The notes under the pieces were generated by a model that searched no databases, was not told the DNA's origin, and saw only the letters and a list, made by a program, of their open reading frames with translations. From NCBI GenBank assembly GCA_963674945.2, contig CAXXWQ010000003.1, positions 1,248,001-1,312,000 on the forward strand: DNA of 64,000 nt. Reading direction: 5' to 3'. The number at the start of each line of letters is the position of its first letter. Positions within the stretch are counted from its first letter, which is position 1. The DNA comes from an uncultured Desulfosarcina sp. Lineage in GTDB: Bacteria; Desulfobacterota; Desulfobacteria; Desulfobacterales; Desulfosarcinaceae. Both the position numbers and the translations under genes were made by a program. Of this stretch, positions 58,314 through 64,000 are shown piece by piece.

Positions 58314-61300
58314 ATGCCAAATCCGCTGAATCCGCTGACCTTTCCCCTACACGGCGACCGGCTGATCGAGGCCAGTGCCGGTACCGGAAAGACCTATACC
58401 ATTGCAGCCCTCTACCTGCGGCTCGTGTTGGGGCACGGCGATGGAAACGGTTTCGGCCGCCCCCTGACGCCTCCCGAAATTCTGGTGGTGACCTTTACCA
58501 ACGCGGCCACGGGTGAACTCAGAGACCGTATTCGGGGGCGGCTCACCCAGGCCGCCGCCTTCTTTCGCGATGATACCGACGGGGACGATCTTTTAGATAG
58601 CCTGCGAGACGCCTATCCGTCCGACACCTGGCTGGACCAGGCCCGGCTCCTGGACCAGGCAGCCCAATGGATGGATGAGGCCGCCATTCATACCATCCAC
58701 GGATGGTCCCAGCGCATGCTGCAGCAACACGCCTTCGACAGTAACAGCCCCTTCGACCTGACATTGGAGCCCAACGACCAGGGGCTTTTGGAAGAGGCAG
58801 CCCGGGACTACTGGCGCACCTTCTTCTATCCGCTGGCACCGGATCGTCTCCGTCAAGCCCTGAATATCGTCGAATGCGATACGCCGGAACAGTGGCTGGC
58901 AAAACTGCGGCCCCTTCTCAAGGAGTCCTTCGGTCAACCCGAACAAGATCCCTTTGCCATGCTCGACGAAATGTCACGGGCCATGGATACGGCCCGGAAA
59001 CGATGGGCCCCGGATCTGGACGAGGCCGTGGACCGATTGTGGGAAGCCAGACACCAAAAGCGGCTGAATGGCAATCAATACCGGGAAAAATCCTTCACCG
59101 ACTGGCTCCATCAGCTGACACAGTGGGTGCGGATGGACGGCCCCCTGCCGGACGACACGGCACGGTTCAAACTTTCCGCGTCGGGACTCGCGGCCGGAAC
59201 CAATAAGAACGCGTCCCCGCCCCTGCACCGGGCGTATGAGATTTTCGATGATCTCAATGACGAATTGGAACGGCTCGATGTGAAAACGGCCTTTCACCTT
59301 CACGGGGCAGTAGAGATCGCCCGGCGATACGAGCAGGAAAAAGCACGCAGGGGCCAGATGAATTACGACGATCTGTTGACCCGCCTGGCCCAGGGACTCG
59401 TACAATCGGACGGTGACCGCCTGGCCCGATCGATCCGCCGTCAATTTCCCGTAGCCCTCATCGACGAATTCCAGGATACCGACCCGGTCCAGTTCGACAC
59501 GTTCCATCACATCTACATGGGCCGGCCGGATACCTGCCTCGTCATGATCGGTGACCCCAAGCAGGCCATCTACCGGTTTCGGGGCGCGGACATCTACACC
59601 TACCTCAGGGCGCGACGGGCCACCAACGGTCGCCACTACACCCTTTCCACCAACTATCGGTCCACTGCCGGCTTGGTGGCTTCGGTAAACCAGATGTTCC
59701 AGTCCCCCGCCACTTCGGACCAGGGGCCTTTTCTGTTCAAATCACAGATTCCCTTCGAACCCGTCGATGCCCATGAAGTAAAAGCGCGGGTCGTCATCCA
59801 TGGACGGCCGGCCGAGAGCATGACCTGGTGGACGCTGTCCCAGACCGAACCCGTTGCCAAGACCACGCAAGAAGGCTACCTGCCGCTGATGGCCGAAGCA
59901 TTTGCCACCCGGATCGCGAATTTGCTGTGTCTGGCCGATCACGATCCGCCCGAAGCCGGCATCCGGGATCCGGACGGACGTATCGTAGCCCTTCGACCGG
60001 AAGACATTGCCGTTTTGGTCAGGGACGGATACGAGGCCGATGCCATCACACGGGCCTTGAATCGACGGGGTGTAAGCAGCGTCTATCTCTCAGACAGGGA
60101 GTCGATATTTCAAACCGAGGAGGCCGCGGATACGCTCTTTTTACTCACTGCTTGCGCCGAACCCTCCCGGGACGGTGCCATACGCGCGGCATTGGTCACA
60201 TCGGTGATCGGCCTGCCCCTGGACCTTCTGGATCGGCTCTTTGAGGATGACATCGCCTGGGAGAACCAGGTGGAGAACTTCCGCCGATACCGGCTGATCT
60301 GGCAACAGCGGGGCGTGCTTCCCATGCTGCGGACCCTGCTGCACGACTTTGGCGTATTTAAACGACTGCTTGCAAGCGAAGATGGAGAGCGCTCCGTGAC
60401 CAATCTGCTCCACCTGGCCGAACTGCTGCAAGGTGCGAGTACAGGACTTACCGGACACCAGGCGCTGATCCGATGGCTGTGTCAACAGATGAAGGAAGCA
60501 GATGGCACCCCCGATGACCAGATCCTGCGGCTGGAAAGCGATGCAGATCGGGTTCGGGTGGTCACTATCCACAAATCCAAAGGGTTGGAATATCCCCTCG
60601 TGTTTCTGCCATTTGTCTGCAGTTTCCGTAAGGTTTCGCCGCGCAACCATTCCATGGTGCAGGTCCACGACGACCAGAACCGGCAAAGGCTCGTCATGGC
60701 ACCCACGGAGGCCGATTATGAAGAGGCGGACCGGGAACGGCTGGCCGAAGACCTGCGGCTGCTTTACGTGGCAGTCACCCGGGCAAAATTGGCCTGCTGG
60801 CTTGGCATCGCCGTGATGGGCAGGTCTACCAAACGTGGCGAAACCACCCAACTTCACCTCTCTGGTCTGGGCTACCTGCTATCCGGGCCGAATCCCATCG
60901 CCACCGGTGACCTTTCCACTCGATTAGAGGCCCTCAAAGGCGATTGCGGAGAAATCACCATCGAATCCCTTCCCGAGGCCGACGACCGGACTTACACACC
61001 CCGGCCGGAAACGATCCCGTTGTCCCCTGCCCGATCCTTTCGGGGCCACATTTCCAAGGACTGGTGGATCGCCAGCTATTCGGGTATCGTCTCCGACGCG
61101 GGACGCACCCTTGCCCCGGACCAGGAAATCGTCCCGGCCTACCCCCTTTCCACCGCAGCCCATTCGGCGACGGAAGATCAGCTGCAGGAGACGAAGGTGG
61201 AATCCTTCGTCCCGTCTCCGCCTGTGGCGCCCGGCCGCTCCATCCACCAGTTTCCCAAGGGCCCCCAGCCGGGCACCTTCCTGCACGACCTTTTGGAATG

Positions 61301-61991
61301 GGCGGCGATACAGGGGTTCGGCGCCCTGGCCCAGAATCGCCAACGGATCATCGACAGGCTCGCGCCATTGTGCCGGCGATATGAATGGGAGCCATGGCTT
61401 GACACCCTGGCCGACTGGTTGCAGCGCCTGCTTACGACCCCGTTCCCCCTCCCGGAGGAGGCACCCCCGGTTTCGCTGAACCGATTGAAGACCGAAGCGT
61501 ATCAGCCTGAACTGGAATTTCTCTTCGCCGCCCATGGTTTGGAAACCGCCATGCTGGATCATCGGGTCACCACCCATACTTTCGGGGGGGCGCCGCGGCC
61601 GCAACTGCAGCCGGCCACGGTCAACGGCATGCTAAAGGGCTTCATCGATCTGGCCTTCTGCCACGACGGCCGCTACTACGTGCTGGACTACAAATCCAAC
61701 CACCTGGGAGAAGACGAACAGGCCTACGTGCAGGATGCCATCGCCCGGGCCATGATGGAACATCGCTACGACCTGCAGTACGTACTCTACACCCTGGCCA
61801 TGCATCGGCTTCTCAAGGCACGGCTGCCGGGCTATGATTATGGGCGCCACATGGGTGGCGGGGTTTATCTTTTTCTGCGGGGCGTCAACGACCAGGGCAG
61901 GGGCGTTTTTGTGGACAAGCCCCCATGGCCGCTGATTCAAACCCTGGACGCCTGGTTTTCCGGTCGAAAGGACCCTACCCATGATGCATAA
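58314..61991 (+). CDS. recB: Exodeoxyribonuclease V beta subunit
   Basis: EASAGTGKT, DEFQDTD, GDPKQAIY, TIHKSKGLEY, LYVAVTRA and nuclease motif GFIDL...DYKSN. Confidence 0.97.
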   Translation: MPNPLNPLTFPLHGDRLIEASAGTGKTYTIAALYLRLVLGHGDGNGFGRPLTPPEILVVTFTNAATGELRDRIRGRLTQAAAFFRDDTDGDDLLDSLRDAYPSDTWLDQARLLDQAAQWMDEAAIHTIHGWSQRMLQQHAFDSNSPFDLTLEPNDQGLLEEAARDYWRTFFYPLAPDRLRQALNIVECDTPEQWLAKLRPLLKESFGQPEQDPFAMLDEMSRAMDTARKRWAPDLDEAVDRLWEARHQKRLNGNQYREKSFTDWLHQLTQWVRMDGPLPDDTARFKLSASGLAAGTNKNASPPLHRAYEIFDDLNDELERLDVKTAFHLHGAVEIARRYEQEKARRGQMNYDDLLTRLAQGLVQSDGDRLARSIRRQFPVALIDEFQDTDPVQFDTFHHIYMGRPDTCLVMIGDPKQAIYRFRGADIYTYLRARRATNGRHYTLSTNYRSTAGLVASVNQMFQSPATSDQGPFLFKSQIPFEPVDAHEVKARVVIHGRPAESMTWWTLSQTEPVAKTTQEGYLPLMAEAFATRIANLLCLADHDPPEAGIRDPDGRIVALRPEDIAVLVRDGYEADAITRALNRRGVSSVYLSDRESIFQTEEAADTLFLLTACAEPSRDGAIRAALVTSVIGLPLDLLDRLFEDDIAWENQVENFRRYRLIWQQRGVLPMLRTLLHDFGVFKRLLASEDGERSVTNLLHLAELLQGASTGLTGHQALIRWLCQQMKEADGTPDDQILRLESDADRVRVVTIHKSKGLEYPLVFLPFVCSFRKVSPRNHSMVQVHDDQNRQRLVMAPTEADYEEADRERLAEDLRLLYVAVTRAKLACWLGIAVMGRSTKRGETTQLHLSGLGYLLSGPNPIATGDLSTRLEALKGDCGEITIESLPEADDRTYTPRPETIPLSPARSFRGHISKDWWIASYSGIVSDAGRTLAPDQEIVPAYPLSTAAHSATEDQLQETKVESFVPSPPVAPGRSIHQFPKGPQPGTFLHDLLEWAAIQGFGALAQNRQRIIDRLAPLCRRYEWEPWLDTLADWLQRLLTTPFPLPEEAPPVSLNRLKTEAYQPELEFLFAAHGLETAMLDHRVTTHTFGGAPRPQLQPATVNGMLKGFIDLAFCHDGRYYVLDYKSNHLGEDEQAYVQDAIARAMMEHRYDLQYVLYTLAMHRLLKARLPGYDYGRHMGGGVYLFLRGVNDQGRGVFVDKPPWPLIQTLDAWFSGRKDPTHDA

Positions 61992-64000
61992 TGGCAAGAA
62001 TCAGGCCGCGGATCTGTGGCAAGCGTTGGACCGATGGCTGGAACACGGCTGGATACGCCCCCTGGACCGTGCATTCGTGGATTTTCTTCGATCCCAGGAA
62101 CCCGATAGCCCCATGCCGGTCCTGCTTGCGGCGGTGCTGGTCAGCCATCAATTGGGCCGGGGACATGTTTGCTTAGACCTCGACGCCTGCCTGGCCCGAA
62201 CCGATGAAACCCTCTCTTTGCCTCCGGAAGGAGTGGTGCCGGACAATCGCTGTCCGGGACCGGAAACACTTTTCCGGGGATTGACCCTCGCGTCGTGGAC
62301 CCAATGTATCGACGAGACCCCCCTGGTGGAAACAAGCCACGGCACCGCCCCCCTGGTCCTGGACGGCAACCGATTGTACATGCGCCGCTTCTGGGTATAC
62401 ACCCGGTATGTGGCCGAAACGATCCTGCACCGGACCCGATTTACCTTACCGGTACCGGCGGATCTGGCGGTTCGCCTGGACAGGCGATTCGAGGCACTGC
62501 GCAGTGCCCCCGAGCGAGAAAAATCCGAAGTGCACTGGCAGAGCGTGGCCGCAGCCCTTGCCGTGAAAAGCGCATTTTGCGTGATTTCCGGAGGCCCCGG
62601 CACGGGAAAGACCACTACCGTGGTTCACCTGCTGGCACTGCTGCAGGAACTGGCCCTGGAGCAGGGAGAAAAACTGCGTATCGCCCTGGCCGCACCCACC
62701 GGGAAGGCCGCGGCCCGGCTCACCGAGTCCATCGGAACGGCCGCGGGTAGCCTTCCCGAGGCCCTGAGAGAGACGATCCCTTTGGAAGCGTCCACTTTGC
62801 ACCGGCTTTTGGGCGGCCGCCCCGGTACCCGGCATTTTTCCCACAACGGGGAAAACCCCCTCCATCTGGATCTATTGGCCGTAGACGAGGCCTCCATGAT
62901 CGACCTGGAGATGATGGCCTCCCTGCTTTCAGCCTTGCCCGAAAAGGCCCGCCTCATTCTCTTGGGGGACAAGGACCAGCTGGCCTCTGTGGAGGCGGGT
63001 TCGGTGCTGGGAGACCTGTGCCGCCATGTAGCGGCAACAGATCATCCGGCCCCTATCGCGCAATGGATCTTTGAAAACACCGGCTATACGTTGCCGGTCT
63101 CAGGTGTTGCACAATCGCCGCTGGCCGCCCATGTTGCCGTGCTGCACAAGAGTCATCGGTTCGACCACAAAAGCGGCATCGGTGAATTGGCCTGCGCGGT
63201 AAACAGCGGAATGCCCGACCAGGTGGCCTCCGTCTGGAATCGAAATTTCGAAGACATTGATACAATCATTTTATCCGGCCCAGATGACCGTAGATTGGAA
63301 AGGCTGGTACTGGATGGTCGCTCTTCGGCATCTGCCGGGGAAGAAAAAATCGAGAAATCGAAAGGCTACCGCCGCTACCTGGAACGGCTGGCTGCCGGCA
63401 TCCCCGACGGCGTGACCGAGGATCGATGGCTGAAACAGATTCTGGATGACTTCGGCCGATTCCAATTGCTCACCCCCTTGCACAAGGGGCCGTGGGGGAG
63501 AGAACGCCTCAACCAAAAAATCGCCGAGGCACTTTTTCGTCACGGGCTTATTGGAGACACCAAAGGATGGTACCCCGGCCGGCCGGTCATGCTCACATGC
63601 AACGACTATAGTCTGGGGCTTATGAACGGAGACACGGGGATTGCGATTCTCGTTGGAAAAGAAAAGACACGGGAAGAAAAAATTCTTAAGGTGGTCTTTC
63701 CCATGGCGGACGGCACCTTGAAAAAGGTGCTGCCGTCCCGTCTCGGTCATGTGGAAACAGTGTACGCCATGACCGTTCACAAATCCCAGGGTTCGGAATT
63801 CGACCACACGGTCCTGGTCCTTCCCGATAGAAGCACCCCCCTGGTGACACGGGAGCTGATCTATACGGCTGTCACACGGTCGAAAACACTGTTCACCCTG
63901 GCCTGCCCCGATGAACGCCTGATGGAAGACACGGTGAGAAGAAGGATCCACCGGGCGTCTGGATTGGGGGATCTGTTGCAATCCTTTGAGAGTGTGGATC
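61981..64000 (+). CDS. recD: Exodeoxyribonuclease V alpha subunit (3' end beyond the window)
   Basis: Not in the ORF track. Spot manual translation from ATG 61981 gives MMHNGKNQ...GWIRPLD, GGPGTGKT, APTGKAA, VDEASMID, LGDKDQL, TVHKSQGSEF, YTAVTR and HRASGL. Confidence 0.95.
   Translation, partial: MMHNGKNQAADLWQALDRWLEHGWIRPLDRAFVDFLRSQEPDSPMPVLLAAVLVSHQLGRGHVCLDLDACLARTDETLSLPPEGVVPDNRCPGPETLFRGLTLASWTQCIDETPLVETSHGTAPLVLDGNRLYMRRFWVYTRYVAETILHRTRFTLPVPADLAVRLDRRFEALRSAPEREKSEVHWQSVAAALAVKSAFCVISGGPGTGKTTTVVHLLALLQELALEQGEKLRIALAAPTGKAAARLTESIGTAAGSLPEALRETIPLEASTLHRLLGGRPGTRHFSHNGENPLHLDLLAVDEASMIDLEMMASLLSALPEKARLILLGDKDQLASVEAGSVLGDLCRHVAATDHPAPIAQWIFENTGYTLPVSGVAQSPLAAHVAVLHKSHRFDHKSGIGELACAVNSGMPDQVASVWNRNFEDIDTIILSGPDDRRLERLVLDGRSSASAGEEKIEKSKGYRRYLERLAAGIPDGVTEDRWLKQILDDFGRFQLLTPLHKGPWGRERLNQKIAEALFRHGLIGDTKGWYPGRPVMLTCNDYSLGLMNGDTGIAILVGKEKTREEKILKVVFPMADGTLKKVLPSRLGHVETVYAMTVHKSQGSEFDHTVLVLPDRSTPLVTRELIYTAVTRSKTLFTLACPDERLMEDTVRRRIHRASGLGDLLQSFESVD

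Noticed and set aside
61991..63981. Apparent lack of a long ORF after recB (pseudogene?)
   Set aside because: recD motifs read in order from 61981 to the window edge. It is most likely missing from the track because its stop codon lies outside the window.

Overview
Gene-dense bacterial chromosomal segment. Gene content and style suggest a sulfate-reducing Desulfobacterota member, probably Desulfosarcina/Desulfobacteraceae-like (inference only). In order it holds: cheX and a pseudo-receiver Ser/Thr kinase; a LonC-type protease; a diguanylate cyclase; a polar amino-acid ABC transporter; an arsR-arsP-thioredoxin-rhodanese-TSUP operon; an SH3/M48/cNMP-MscS/CHASE2-adenylate cyclase operon; rarD; an acidic PopZ-like ORF directly before valS; nadC; a rhomboid-DnaJ_C fusion; a ~17 kb phosphorelay cluster around a TSUP/DUF1634 pair; a TRAP transporter; a four-gene porin-cytochrome island; and recC-recB-recD (recD runs off the window end). 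The best candidate for an undescribed system is the island at 49.1-54.4 kb. It encodes an MtrA/DmsE decahaem, an MtrB/PioB barrel, a dihaem lipoprotein and a Tat-lipoprotein flavoenzyme that is not a fumarate reductase, and it is preceded by four 21-bp direct repeats. It looks like a trans-outer-membrane electron conduit wired to a surface flavin oxidoreductase. Several families of palindromic intergenic repeats are present. I saw no rRNA, tRNA, CRISPR array or transposase. All family calls come from motif recognition by eye; no database searches were run.
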